From: Octopus vulgaris
Taxonomy: Eukaryota
Direction: 5' to 3'
Assembly (NCBI GenBank): GCA_951406725.2
Contig: OX597834.1
Span: 37,014,001 to 37,078,000 of the forward strand
Length of the DNA stretch: 64,000 bases
How positions within the stretch are numbered: position 1 is the stretch's first letter; the number at the start of each line of letters is the position of its first letter. A program made the position numbers and the translations under genes. The notes under the pieces are model-generated. The model was not told where the DNA came from and ran no database searches. It saw nothing but the letters and a program-made list of their open reading frames with translations. Positions 43,903 to 59,793 of this stretch are shown here, in pieces.

Positions 43903-44483
43903 TCGACGACCATGATGCTGGTGCTGATGGTGACAATGATGATAATGATGTTGATGGAATCGATTACGATGACGACGACGACGACGACGATGATGATTTT
44001 TGGCGATAAGGGACGATGAGGAAGGAAGGAAGGAAGGAAGGAAGTTGGAGGAGATCGGGAAGTAACTGAAGGAGAAGAGGAAGAATGGAACGAAAGAAAG
44101 AAAAGAAGGTAAGAGCAGGAGGAAAACGATGCGGAAGAAACTGAGACATTTATTAGGATGTGTGAAGAGGAAACGGTGTATATACACAAATATACACACA
44201 CACACACACACAAAGAGGCACACATGCGCACACACATACACACATTCATACACACACACACATACACACACACATATGCACATTCATGTGTATATGTGTG
44301 TGTATATTCAGGTGTGCAGACACATACAGTAACACATACTCACAAACATACACTGAGACGCACACACACACACACACAAACACACACAAACACACACACA
44401 CACACATACACGCACACACACACACATAAACACCTATACTTATATAAGTGTATGTATGAAATTATATGAAATTATATACATAC

Positions 44484-44533
<50 letters not shown>

Positions 44534-44775
44534 ATATATATATATGTATATATATTTATGCTTGTATGTGTGTGCGTGTATGTGTGTATAAAATTATGCA
44601 TTATATGCATTATATATATACATATATATATATATCCATGCATATATATATTATGCATGTGTATATATATACACATATATATACATTATATATGTATGTA
44701 TAACTGAATGACGTGTGCATCCATGCGTATGTGTGTATGTATATATGGATGAAGGTATATAAGTATTTGTACCTT

Positions 44776-44843
<68 letters not shown>

Positions 44844-44854
44844 ACATACATACA

Positions 44855-44900
<46 letters not shown>

Positions 44901-45203
44901 CTTAAATATACATATTTACATATATATTCGATTATAGCTATTCATTTTTAAACGCACACAACACATTTTACATATAGTTAAAATTATCTGATAATATAAA
45001 CATGAATAACAATATATACATAATTACACACACACACACACAAACACAAACACACACACACACACACAGATATATATATATACACATACACTCATGCACG
45101 CATACACACACACACAATCATATATGCAAATATATAAAATTAAGCACATCTAAATTTCGAGTGAAGACGCAGAAGGTATCGAAATAAGTTAATTTTAACT
45201 TAC

Positions 45204-45630
45204 ATTATAAGTATTTCTGAGTTGAGCGGCATGAACATCACAACATCACAACTTTTCATTTCGTATCAGCTACATCCAATCCGTACACTTCTGCTTATTC
45301 AACAGAAAGAACTGTACTCTCAATTTAGTGTATAGCGCTCCGGAGTTGATTGCACGCAGTAATATAGCAGATTAGCTGTCGCAGAATCACGGTTTCGAAT
45401 AAGGAGGAAGGTGGTCCCACTTAGGCTGCTAATTACTGTCCGTAAATGGTGTATTACATATTGTGAAGTACAGCGTCGATGTTAGTAAGTTTCCCAACGG
45501 ACCGGCGACTGTGCGCTCACTTTTAGCGATATTGGCAAGTGCGTGGCCTTGTGACGTGCAGCCAGAGTAAACACGACTAAAGAATTTGTTCGATTCACCG
45601 ACTCACATACACACTACTTAGTGACTGCAT
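45204..45630 (-). promoter_or_regulatory. Candidate promoter / non-coding first exon of the GPCR
   Basis: Repeat-free, CpG-rich island in a CpG-poor background, ending on the minus strand in a consensus donor AT|GTAAGT (45203-45198); TGACGT motif at about 45552. Link to the GPCR is inference only. Confidence 0.3.
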
Positions 45631-45787
45631 CCGTATCCTTTCGCATGCACAAACACATATATACAGAAATCTCACGCTCTCACGCTCTCACTCTCTCACT
45701 TCCTCTTCTCACTTCCTCTCATATACATAAACATTACGCATACATATATATTACATACACACACACACATATATGTGTATATATATT

Positions 45788-46396
45788 ATTTTACTTTTTT
45801 ACTTGTTTCAGTCATTTGACTGCAGCCATGCTGGAGCACCGCCTTTAGTCGAACGAATCGACTCACGGATTTATTCTTTGTAAGCCTAGCACTTATTCTA
45901 TCGGTCTCTTTTGCTGATCCGCTAATTTACGGGGACGTAAGCGCACCAACATCGGTTGTCAAGCGATTTTGGTGGGACGAACACAGACCCACACACATAT
46001 ATATCTTTGATGGGCTTCTTTCGAATTCCGTCTACCAAATACACTCACAAGGCTTTGGTCGGCCCAAGGATATAGTAGAAGACACTTGCCCAAGGTGCCA
46101 CGAACTGGGACTGAACCCGGAACCAGCAAGCTTCTTACCACAGAGCCACTCCTGCGACTACATAATTATGTCTCGTTTTTGTCAAGTTGTATACTCTTTT
46201 ACTTTTTTAATTGTTTCAGTCATTTGACTGTGGCCATGCTGGAGCACCACCTATTAGTCGAGCAAATCGACCCCAGGACTTATTCTTTTGCCGAACCGCT
46301 AAGTTACGGGGACGTAAACACACCAGCATCGGTTGTTAAGCGATGCTGGGGGGGGGGGACAAACACAGACACACATATATATACATATATATATAC

Positions 46397-46431
<35 letters not shown>

Positions 46432-46567
46432 ACGGGCTTCTTTCAGTTTCCGTCTACCAAATCCACTCACAAGGCTTTGGTCGGCCCAAGGTGTCACGTA
46501 GTGGGAATGAACGCGGAACCATGTGGTTGATAAGCAAGCTACTTACCACACAGCCACTCCTACGCCT
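45788..46567 (-). mobile_element. Two tandem SINE family A copies (45788-46159, 46190-46567)
   Basis: Each has head, CORE-like block and tail, with small internal deletions. Confidence 0.88.
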
Positions 46568-46779
46568 ATACAAAAACAATTTAATATTAATCTGGAGAAT
46601 AACTCTATACCTTTTTGTAGATTACATATTTAATAAACTTTTACAAGGAGAAAGGTGATAGTGACTTCGAAGTTTCGTCCTGATAGCCTTTGTCGACTGT
46701 TTATGTGTGTGTATCTACGTATTTATGATTCTGTATATACATATGTATGCATATGTGTGTATGTATGTATGTATATGTG

Positions 46780-46865
<86 letters not shown>

Positions 46866-47032
46866 CTTGTACTGTATATAGTTTTTTAAGTAAATTATTT
46901 GTGGGTGATATGTATATATTTATAAGTATATATGACTATGTATACACACATATATATATGCTTTCACCCCCACCCACCCACACACGCTGACACACGCTCA
47001 CACGCACACACACACTCACGCACATGTACAGC

Positions 47033-47099
<67 letters not shown>

Positions 47100-47100
<1 letters not shown>

Positions 47101-47331
47101 TTCTTTACTACCCTCAAGGGGCTAAATACAGAGGGGGCAAACAAAGACAGACAAACGGAGTAAGTCGATTATATCGACCCAGTGCGTAACTGGTACTTAA
47201 TTTATCGACCCCGAAAGGATGAAAGGCAAAGTCAACCTCGGCAGAATTTGAACTCAGAACATAACGGCAGACGAAATACGGCTACGAATTTCGTCCGACG
47301 TGCTAACGTTTCTGCCAGCTCGCCGCCCTAT

Positions 47332-47376
<45 letters not shown>

Positions 47377-48156
47377 AAACCTTCAGTGAAGACGCGTGGC
47401 TTAGTGGTTAGGAGTGTTGAACTCATGGTCGTAAGGTAGTGGTTTCGATTGCTGGGCGGGCGAGGCTTTGTTTTCTCGAGTAAAATCACTCCATTTTCCG
47501 TTGCTCCAGTCCACTCATATGGCCTTTCATTCTTTCGGGGTCGATAAATTAAATACTAGTTGCGTACTAGGGTCGATCTAATCGACTGGCCCCCTTCCCC
47601 GAAATTTCGAGCCTTGTACTTTTGAGTAGAAAAGAATATACGGCAACCATTTTAATTTATCGTTTACTTGTTATGCAAAAAGAGAAAAGTAACGTCTCCG
47701 TATAACTTGATACCCTGATGTGATAGTGATGAATAGAAAACACAGTGACTCATTATTTTTCATATATATTCAGAAAAAAGATACCATACAGCCCCCCTCC
47801 CACAAAAACAGGCGGACCTGTGTTATAGGCACAAGGCCTGAAGTTTCGGGGAAGAGATTACGTCGATTACATTGACCCCAGTGCGGAATTTGAACTGAGA
47901 ACGTAAAGACGGATGAAATACCTATTTCTTTACTACCCACAAGGGGCTAAACACAGAGAGGACAAACAAGGACAGACAAACAGATTAAGTCGATTATATC
48001 GACCCCAGTGCGTAACTGGTACTTATTTAACCGACCCCGAAAGGATGAAAGGCAAAGTCGATCTCGGCGGAATTTGAACTCAGAACGTAGCGGCAGACGA
48101 AATACTGCTAAGCATTTTGCCCGGCGTGCTAACGATTCTGACAGCTCGCCGCCTTC
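47100..48156. mobile_element. SINE cluster: B (-) 47100-47328, C-head/B-core chimera (+) 47389-47637, B (-) 47825-48156
   Basis: Similarity to the B and C copies above. Confidence 0.8.
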
Positions 48157-48159
48157 GTC

Positions 48160-48220
<61 letters not shown>

Positions 48221-48238
48221 TAATAATAACAATAATGG

Positions 48239-48282
<44 letters not shown>

Positions 48283-48482
48283 GTGGTGATGATGATGATG
48301 ATGATGACAACGATAACATTTCTAGAATGACTTCAAATTACTCCCCTCCCGATATTTCATAAAATTCTCTCTTTTTCTCCCTCCCTCCCTTTCTCACTCT
48401 CTCTCTTTCTCTGTCTTTCTCTCTCTCACACATACACACACATACATACACACACACACACAGACACACAGACAGACACACA

Positions 48483-48531
<49 letters not shown>

Positions 48532-48971
48532 TACACCCATATCTTCCCTTCCCCCACCAATACCAACATTACCGGAGAGTTGAAAGTGTCATATTATTTT
48601 ATTATTTTTTTTTACCATTTTTTTTCTTCCATTTATTTTTCTATTCAATTCCTGCGTCAGATATTGGACATCTTTATTGTTTCGGTGCATGTTTTGTAAT
48701 TTACTTCTGCAGTTGGTTTATGTCTTCCTAGAATCCAAATATGTCGTCGAAAGTAAATCAAAAATTATAATCCGAAAATAATGAAGAATGAAGGAAGCTT
48801 GCACTGCGGTCGCTTTGGCTTTGGTTTCGCTCCAATTGAGCAGCACTTCGAGCAAATGTCTTCAACTATAACCCTAGGCCGACCAGTACCTCATGAAATA
48901 ACTTCGTAGATGGGAACTGTGTCGAAACCCGTCGGGTCTACATACATACGTACATATATACATGCATGCAT

Positions 48972-49119
48972 AGGTGCAAGTAGCTTACTTCCCAACCGCA
49001 TGGTTCTGGGTTCAGTCCCATTGCATGGCATCTTGGGCAAGTGACGTCTACTCTAGCCACAGGCTGACCAAAGCCTTGTCAGTGGATCTGGAAGATGGAA
49101 ACTTGAAAGAAGCTCGTAG

Positions 49120-49161
<42 letters not shown>

Positions 49162-49408
49162 CGTGTGTGTGTGTGGGGGTGTGGGTGTATGTGTGTGTGT
49201 ACATGCTTGTTTGTCTGTGTTTGTCCTTCCACCATCGCTTGACAACCGATGCTTGTGTGTTTAACGTCTCCGTCACGTAGCAGTTCGGCAAAAGAGACCG
49301 ATTGAATAAGTACTAGGCTTACAAAGAATAAGTCCTGGAGTTTATCTATTCGACAAAAGGCGGTGCTCCAGCATGACCGCAGTCAAATTACCGAAACAAA
49401 TAAAAGAA
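48972..49408 (+). mobile_element. SINE family A (older, diverged)
   Basis: GGTTCAGTCCC B box, TTGGGCAAGTG, tail GGCGGTGCTCCAGCATG. Confidence 0.8.
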
Positions 49409-50028
49409 TATACACACACACACATGGATATATGTGTTATTGTTATTCGATTTGACTCAGGCTTGTTCTTATCACTGATAGAATTTTATGTGGGTAACGG
49501 GTTAGTGTCTGGAACCTTAAGTATCGACAAGCTTCCAATAGCATTCAAGGGGTTTTTAGAGAGAGAGAAAGAGTGAAAGACAAGGTGGTACAGACCGAGA
49601 GATGACAAAATACGGGAAGGAAGAGAGCGTGGGTCAGTTTGAGAGAAAAATTCTGTTGAGCTGAGAAATAGGAAGTATTTTGATGTACAGGAAAAGGGTG
49701 AGGAAAAGATGGGAACAGCAATTAGCGAAAGGAACATGAAAGAGACGCTGAAAACATGCCATTTCGTCTTTCCTTCTGTAATCCAAGAATCATTACGATT
49801 TCGACGCTGGAAAACATTGAACATGCAATTATCAATCAGGATAAGACCAGAACAGAAAGTTAAGCACGCGCGCGCGCACACACGCACGCACGCACGCATG
49901 CAAGCACACACACACATGCATGCACACACCCGTGTAGATTGATAAATAGATAAATAGATATAGACTTGTATGAACAAAATCATATATGCATAAATAAGCA
50001 CATGCACGTCTAATACATGAATACATGA

Positions 50029-50062
<34 letters not shown>

Positions 50063-50147
50063 GTATATATATGTGTGTGCCTGTATATATATGTTTATAG
50101 ATATATATATGTATATGTATTTATATATGTATGTATATGTGTGCGGG

Positions 50148-50189
<42 letters not shown>

Positions 50190-50263
50190 TATACATATAT
50201 GTATGTACATATAAATATGTATATATATATATATGTATATATATACATATATGTATATATATG

Positions 50264-50304
<41 letters not shown>

Positions 50305-50327
50305 ATGTGTATGTATATGTATATACA

Positions 50328-50377
<50 letters not shown>

Positions 50378-50878
50378 TATATATATATATATGTACATAT
50401 ATATATATATATGTATATATAGGTATATAAGGTGAATACAACCATAGGCCTTTAAGGGCGGCACTTTGCCGAGAACTACGTTAGTTTCCATTGTTTACAG
50501 TGTAAGGTGTAACAGCTGTGCTAATTAGTAGGTAACACAACACAGGGTGGATATTGTCCGTAGTAATACTGATATGGTGTAAAGTGAAAAAACGAAATAG
50601 GACACCAGTCGAAATAGGAATGGAAATATAAAACATTAATGAGAAAATGAAACGTTGGGCATGATGATGATGATGATGATCGTTGTTGTGGTGGTGACGG
50701 TGGCGATGAAACAGGATTGCATGTAAGCATTGGAGTTAAAGGCGAAAGCAGTAGCGGTAAAGTTCAAATGACGGCATTCAAGAGAAGATAAATAAATTGA
50801 GAGATAGAATGAGGAGCAGAAAATACAGGGGAAGGTCATGATGATGGAGGTATACTTCTACTGCTAGAAATAATAATG

Positions 50879-50949
<71 letters not shown>

Positions 50950-50959
50950 GATGATGATG

Positions 50960-51046
<87 letters not shown>

Positions 51047-51047
<1 letters not shown>

Positions 51048-52204
51048 AACGTATAGAAGGTGGTAGAGGCCTTATGCAGCTGGAAAACTACTATAAAATA
51101 ACCACCATAGGACTGCAAAAATACCTACTTCAGAAGGAAGGAAAACTGATCCAGATAGCAGCAAAACACGAGCAAAACAAAAAACTGTTCTCAGTATTTA
51201 AGGAAGCTGACAAATACAAACAAGAAATCATACCACCTAATAAACACAAAGAAGAAGAAGAAGATGATGAAGAAACAACAAAAGCTATAAAACAAATGAA
51301 ATCCAAACTAAAAATAGAACAGCAACGAGCCATGATAAGACGATGGCAAGAAAAGCCCCTTCATGGTAAATACTGCACTAAACTAAACGCAAAAGAAATA
51401 GACAAAGAAAAATCCCAGCAAAGGTTGAGAAGCTCAGGACTCAAAGCAGAAACAGAGGGATTTTTAATTGCAGCACAAGACCAAAGCCTCCCCACCAGAA
51501 ATTACCAAAAACATGTAATGAAAAGAAATATTACAAGTAACTGCAGAATATGTGGAGATGGACAAGAAACAATAAATCATATTATCTCTAGCTGCCTAGT
51601 CCTGGCTAAGAAGGAATATATTCACAGACATGACAGAGTTGGAACCTACATACATTGGAAGCTATGCCAACATTATGGAATAACAACAGAAAAAAGATGG
51701 TATAGGCACACACCAGAAAAGGTCACAGAAAACGAGAAAGCAACCATACTCTGGGATATGCCGATACACACAGATAGAGAAATTAAGGCCAACAGACCAG
51801 ATATAGTTGTCAGAGATCATGAAGAAAAAAATGCTTTCTAATTGATGTATCAATACCGGCAGATGACAACGTGTCTCTAAAAGAAATGGAGAAACTCTCA
51901 AAATACAAAGACCTGGAAATAGAGGTAACTAGAATGTGGAACCTGAAAACAGAAACAATTCCTATCATAGTAGGTGCATTAGGCATGATAAAAAAATATT
52001 CAGACAAATACATAACAAAAACACCAGGACTTACAAACACATATAACATACAGAAAATTGCACTACTAGGCACTGCACACATCCTACGCAGAACACTTTC
52101 CATACAATAACCATCAGAGCATCACAACAAATCACAGCACATACCCAAGGTACACAGAGCTGCGCTCGGTAGTGAAGTGAAAGCACGCTATAAAAATAAA
52201 ACTA

Positions 52205-52207
<3 letters not shown>
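51047..52207 (+). mobile_element. 5'-truncated R4/Dong-clade non-LTR retrotransposon (restriction-like endonuclease type) inserted in (AAT)n
   Basis: EGGRGL (end of RT region), CCHC knuckle CRICGDGQETINHIISSC, RHD motif, RPDIVV...LIDVSIP..KEMEK (PD-(D/E)xK RLE); one frameshift in the A-run at about 51830; stop at 52110; 97-nt 3' UTR ending CTACTG-AATAAT; (AAT)n on both sides. Confidence 0.92.
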
Positions 52208-52261
<54 letters not shown>

Positions 52262-52268
52262 GATGATG

Positions 52269-52345
<77 letters not shown>

Positions 52346-52384
52346 GATAATAATAATAATAATAATAATAATAGTAATAATAGA

Positions 52385-52434
<50 letters not shown>

Positions 52435-52457
52435 TAATAATAATAATAATAATAGTA

Positions 52458-52542
<85 letters not shown>

Positions 52543-52689
52543 AATCTACTATAGGCACAAGGCCTGAAATTTTGGGAGGGGGACAGTCGATTACATCAAC
52601 CCCAGTGCGTAACTAGTACTTAGTTTATCAACCCCGAAAGGATGAACGGCAAAGTCGACCTAATAATAATAATAATAATAATAATAATA

Positions 52690-53150
52690 TCGCACTACTT
52701 GCTGTGGAGAAATTTTAACTTAAGAAAGCAAAAAATGGTAGAGCAAAAGAACCATGGTGGAAATGAAAGGGACATAATGCGGGCATGGCAAGATCTAGTA
52801 AAATTTGAGCAATGGTTAAGAGGAAACTGGGAAAATGGGGAAAAAGACCAGCCGAGAAAAATTAGAGAAGAAATAGAAAATATGGAAGAACGGGTTTGAT
52901 GCAGTAGTTAAAACAGAAGATCATTGTCATAAGCCAGAAGATTTGTGAACAGAAATACGCTGTTCGAGGAGAACAGATTGTTAAAAAAATAACCCGAAGC
53001 AATTCTTCAGAACGTTAGAAGGAGACAATGGGAAAAATGTTGCTCTTGATACGAATCAAACCGAGGAATTCTGGAGCGGATTATGGGAAAACAATGTGCT
53101 GCATAAAAGGAACTATCAAGACAGAATTACAAGGAGGAAAGAAACAAAGG
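52690..53150 (+). pseudogene. Decayed N-terminal ORF fragment of an R4/Dong-type element
   Basis: Frameshifted remnants KEPWWK, ENRL..NNPKQFFRTL and TEEFWSGLWENNVLH resemble the pre-RT region of R4-clade ORFs; follows an (AAT)n tract. Confidence 0.6.
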
Positions 53151-53314
53151 AATATTGCCTATTTAACAATTATATATCTGCTGCATCGGAAATCTGCAAT
53201 GGCTCCATAACTCCCGTCTCGGCTATAACATTGGACCCTTAGTAATCCGTTACAACTCTTACCTAGCGTACCTAATCGTTTAGATCACCTGTGAAGGACT
53301 AAGCCCCTATACTT

Positions 53315-53409
<95 letters not shown>

Positions 53410-53466
53410 CTGTGTGTGCGTGTGTGTGTGTGTATGTATATATACATACACGCATGCATACACATC

Positions 53467-53499
<33 letters not shown>

Positions 53500-53505
53500 T
53501 ATGTA

Positions 53506-53960
53506 TGGGGTACTCAAAAGAAACCGGAATTTGGCAATATCATTTTATTCACTTAGTTTTACGTGTTTACACTTTTATCGCCTTCAAAGTATTCTCCATT
53601 TGAAGTGATGCATCGGTCCAAATGCGTTTTCCATTATTCGAAACAGTGCTGGAACCCTTGCTAAGTTATGCCCTTTAAAGCCTTCGTTGATATTTTTTTT
53701 CTTCACCTCTTCTACATCATCAAATTTCGTAGCAATAACTTTGGTCACTAGCGATGATCTTCGAAAAGAGGTTCGGATCAATTTCCAAATGTTCTTTCAG
53801 TTCACGACACACATTCAGTCGTGACTGCTTTTGATCTTCCGTGAGTAAGCGAGGCGCATATTTTGCAGTAATTTTTTCTCATTCGCAGTTCCTCACATTA
53901 ATATGGTTGTTCAATGCTACTCCCGTTTTAATCCTAGGCATATCTTCTGCCAACTGGTTA
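53506..53960 (-). mobile_element. Decayed, internally deleted mariner transposase with 3' TIR
   Basis: Remnants KYAPRLLTEDQKQSRLNVCREL, KIIASDQS (ITGDES-like) and FQHCFE*WKTHLDRCITSNGEYFEGD; terminus TA-TGGGGTACTCAAAAGAAACCGGAAT. Confidence 0.8.
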
Positions 53961-54140
53961 TAGGTACAGCCTACACCCTATATATATTGCAAGCAGAGTG
54001 CAGGCTGCACCCGTGACCATTTGGCGGAAGATCTGCCTGGGGTTAAAACGGTAGAAACATATCAATGTGATGATTAACATTACTTGTCAGTATAGTTTCT
54101 ACTCTCATCGGTTACTGAGATTTTCCAACTGGCTACTTTG

Positions 54141-54218
<78 letters not shown>

Positions 54219-54312
54219 CACACATATATATGTATATATATATATATGCATATATGTATATATATATACATATATATATATATGCATGCATGTATGTATA
54301 TATATGCATGTA

Positions 54313-54440
<128 letters not shown>

Positions 54441-55522
54441 CATATTTATATGCGCATATCTACACACACACAGTACAATCACTAAAAAGTATATACGTGT
54501 CTGTCGGACATTTCCAGAGACCAGGATTGGTGACTTGATAGTTTAATTATCAATAATTACATTCAATTTAGACTAATTCAATAACGAGTGGCATTAATTA
54601 CGACAGGATAATTACTGGAAGTATTTTCTCTTTGTTGTTCATATCATGTTTTTTAAGTTCACTGCATACTAACGAGACCGATTCAACGTGATTACTCGAA
54701 TTGCTAAAATTAGGAGCCAAATCTCGACCGAATAACATGATATTTTGTTGAAAACAAAATGACGCACTGTATAATGCAATCCTGGATATATAATGCCTGG
54801 AAAAATATCAGAACTGGAAAGTCTTTGGTAATATGTCTGGAGAAGCAGAGAGCTATTTCGAGATAAACGCCAAGAGAATTACTTATACTTCATACATTTT
54901 TGCTAATATATATCGGTCTAGTAATATCATGCATGCTTGTATAAGTGTACTATGCGTTTGTGTAAGCGTACAAGTGTGTGTGTCTATGTGCGGGTGTGTG
55001 CGTGTATAGGTATGTGTGTGTGGGTTTGTGCGTGTGTATTTTAGTGTGTGTGGTTAATAATTTTAAGATTGAATATTTCGGCTTCGCTTCAAGCAATCTT
55101 GTTTTTTTTAAAAATATAATTCGGAGAAGTACGTCGCACATTTGAAACAATCACTTAAAGTACATATTCCCATTGAAACATATATATTTTTTCTTTTTTT
55201 TTTTAGAAAGAAAGAAACGACGGAAAACAAAAAAAAAAAGAAAAATTATGTATCAAACAAGCGCTGCTACACGCAACAGATTTCTATCTGGCAGCATCAC
55301 GAAACGTGCAAGAAAATTAACACCACAACATCCAACGAAATGAAAACGGAAGTGAATGAAATAACATCTTTGTGAGAGATCGACCACACCATGTATCACT
55401 TCATTATACTACACCACCCTACATTACCCTTAAGAACCATAAATCTAATTTCCTTTATACGACTAAATGTGGGCTGATTAACTCTTCTAAAAGTAGAATT
55501 AATGCAGTAGATATGCTCATTT

Positions 55523-55770
55523 TAAGGCGGCGAGCTGGCAGAAACGTTAGCACGCCGGGCGAAATGTTTAGCAGTATTTCGTCTGCAGTTACGTCCTGAG
55601 TTTAAATTCCGCCGAGGTTGACTTTGCCTTTCATCCTTTCGGGTCAATTAAATAAGTACCAGTTACGCACTGGGTCGATATAATCGACTTAATCCGTTTG
55701 TCTGTCCTTGTTTGTCCTCTCTGTGTTTAGCCCCTTGTGGGTAGTAAAGAAATAGGTATTTCATCTGCCG
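55523..55770 (+). mobile_element. SINE family B
   Basis: As 16513. Confidence 0.85.
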
Positions 55771-56536
55771 AAATATATATATATATATATATATATAAAT
55801 TCACATACACATACACGCAATCACACGCATAGACACACACACATACACACATCTATACACACACACATACACATGCAGACACAGACACAGACACACAACG
55901 GGTTTCGAAGCAGTTTTTTTTTGTATCCAGTTCACTCACAAAACATCAGAAATAGGCATTCGCGAAAGTTGCCGCCCAGTGGAACTGAAGTCGAAACCAG
56001 GGCGTTGCAAAGCAAGATCTTTTACCACACAACCACACCAGTGACTGTAGCCATTTATGACCCTTTAGCAATACTTGTGTCTATAAAATGAAAAACACTC
56101 TTAAGCGGATACTTTTACCATGTTACAGAAATTAGGCATCCAATTTTTATTAATATATCTGTGATATCGTTCCTCATCAAATTTCAAAATTTGTGCAGTT
56201 TGCCTTTAGGTGCCATACATAAATTGACAAAGCTGTGGTGGTGTTCATTTTGCACATCAAATTCATGATAGATTCTTGATTCACGTAACAACTCATAACG
56301 GATTCTTCACACATTTGCTATGCTTCAAAACACTAAAACGGTTAACGACCATCTCAACATTGCATTGACTATAGAAGAAACCCGGTTCTGCAGTTTTACA
56401 GCCAAACTAACAGGTTATTTTGATAAATGTGGTTCTTGTCATTTGTTGTTAAAAAATTAATGGGTTCCTTTCAGATATAGTTTGATTTACGTCATCACTA
56501 TGTGAGTGACTGAAATAATTTTATATATATATACAT

Positions 56537-56569
<33 letters not shown>

Positions 56570-56638
56570 CATTTCGAATGACCCGTCCGTGTTTTTTGTA
56601 TCGTCTATCTGGATGTTTTGCGTTCTTGTCCCATTTTG

Positions 56639-56669
<31 letters not shown>

Positions 56670-56742
56670 TATTTATATATATATATATTTATATATATAT
56701 ACATTTATATATATATATACATTTATATATATATATATGTAA

Positions 56743-56799
<57 letters not shown>

Positions 56800-58458
56800 C
56801 ATACATAATGCATTCAAGCACACATACATACGCATATATATGTATATACATACGTATGTATACGTATACACACACACACACACTTATATATAAGATAGAT
56901 AGGTAGATACACAGTCAGATAGACACACAGACAGACGGATAGATAAATGAATAGATTGATAGACTGACTGATTGATTGAGGGATGGATGGATGGATGGCG
57001 AATTAGATAAACGGTGTGATTTTAAGCAGAAATAATGTGAACAAAATATGAAAAGCTGACTCACTACAACTGCAAAATCACTTATTTCAAGTAATTCTAT
57101 TGTTACTAACTTCGAATTTTCCCGACCCACGCGTGCACACACTCTTGAAGATGTATGTATATAAGTATGTATGCATGTATGTATGTACGCATGTATGTAT
57201 ATATGTATATATGAAATATGTATGTATGTATGCATTTTTGCACGTATGTATAGGTATGTATATATGTGTGTGTGAGTGTGTTTGTGTGTTTGTGTATATG
57301 AAATGAATGATAAAGGAAAATGAAAATATCTACAAGAAAAACTAAAAGTAGTAAGAAAATACAAAGAATGTAGAATGGTACGAAATAATGAAAATAAAAA
57401 TAAAAAGACATTCTTTAATAATTTTGAAAGGATGAAAAATGTGAAGAGAAGAACTAAAACGCAAAGGACGATAAATGGGATTGTATACTTGCATAAAGGA
57501 GCAAGGAAAAAACTTTAGCAAACACGATTGAAAAGAAGAATTGAAGCGGCAAAATGTGAAGCATAAAGGAATGGAAAGAAGGAAGGCGTACATGAAAGAA
57601 AAATTGAAAAAGAAGGAATAAAAGAGGAAGATATAAAGTAGGACAAATTGTAGAAGGAAAGATGAGGTGTAGCATAAAAATAATGAAAGATATAACGAAA
57701 GGATATGAGAAAAGAAGGAATGAATGAAAGAAAGGATGGAAGGTCAGTCGTATAGAACATAAGATAATAAGAGGAAAGATACGTAAAGAATGAAAAGAGA
57801 AAAATATTGAAATAAAAAACGAATGAATGGTAACTTTTTTTTAAAAATATAAACAGAAATAGATACAAAGAAACGGCACAGAAAAGACAGAAGAAACAAA
57901 TTAGAGAAAAACGAAAGAAAAATGATTATAAAAAAGACAAAATGAGAAAGAAATGAAAGACTTGCAGAGAAAACAACGAAAAGCAGAGAAAAGAATGAAA
58001 ACAAGGCAAATGAGTAAGAAATCAAGGAACAAAAATGACTGCCAACTTAAACGAGCAAAGAGAAAGAGCGAAAGAGAAAAAGAAAACACAAAACGAAGTT
58101 GTAAAGGAAGAGAAGAGGCGATAAAACAGAAAAGGATATAATATGATAAATAATGAGTCTTGAGGCAGTTATAAATATTTATACATTTGCAGTAACAGAG
58201 ACTATTTCCTAAACATGTGAACTTCACGTAGTCTTTTCAAAGACACAAGATGCATCCGACAATCTGTTTAGCGTTCTCGAAAATACTTCAAAATGGCGTT
58301 TATTTGAAATATAACCATTTTTATATATTTCATGTTTGTTGCCAGAATAATGGATGTTTTCTCTCGCTTACAATGATTCTTGCCTTTTCTCTCCATGTCA
58401 TCAGGTTTTCAATTTGAGGTTGTTCGTTGTTATATAAGACATACAGACACACATTAAA

Positions 58459-58504
<46 letters not shown>

Positions 58505-58560
58505 TATGTATATGTATATATTTGTATGTGCGGACATTGTTCGAGCTTCATACAACAGAA

Positions 58561-58607
<47 letters not shown>

Positions 58608-58794
58608 AAGAGAGGATAAATAGAGAAGAAGAACAAAGGGTAAAACAGAGGTTTGAGATTTTGTTTCCAGAACAATCTAAGGTCAGTTGCTTTGTTTGTA
58701 AATCTTTTCTTAGTCTTGCGTAACAACAGAGTTCCACCGTCGTCAATACCGTTTCCAAAACAACGATACATACACACATATATACATACATACA

Positions 58795-58829
<35 letters not shown>

Positions 58830-58855
58830 GTGTGTGTGTATGTGTATATATATAT

Positions 58856-58923
<68 letters not shown>

Positions 58924-59299
58924 ATGTATATATGTAGCTCTGCGGCTGCATGTATATGTATATATAATCTTCAAATAGAGGTTATAATATCTTCATTTTC
59001 TTATTCGTTACACACAAACACCACCCACCCCCATATATATATATATATAAGTGTACAATATATAGGAAGGATCCGAGGGAATGATTCCAAGGTAGCTAAA
59101 TGTTACTTAAGTGTCCTAGGAAACAATGGACACATTTGTATGGAATTTGAATCCGGGTGCAAGCACAGCTGACCATTATTCATCCTGTCCGACGTATTTT
59201 GGATGCATCCACCGAAACACTTGTATGAGTTATGAAGATATAAATGATTTAATAACAACTTGAGCGTTTGTCTCCATTTTCTATTTTTCCTATACATAC

Positions 59300-59793
<494 letters not shown>

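Noticed and set aside
56100-56440. Possible decayed Helitron/Pif1 helicase tail
   Set aside because: Only vague similarity with many frame breaks; cannot support without an HMM search.
59165-59235. CTGACCA...CGAAACACTTGTA hammerhead-like spacing
   Set aside because: Core mismatched and stems I and II do not pair convincingly.
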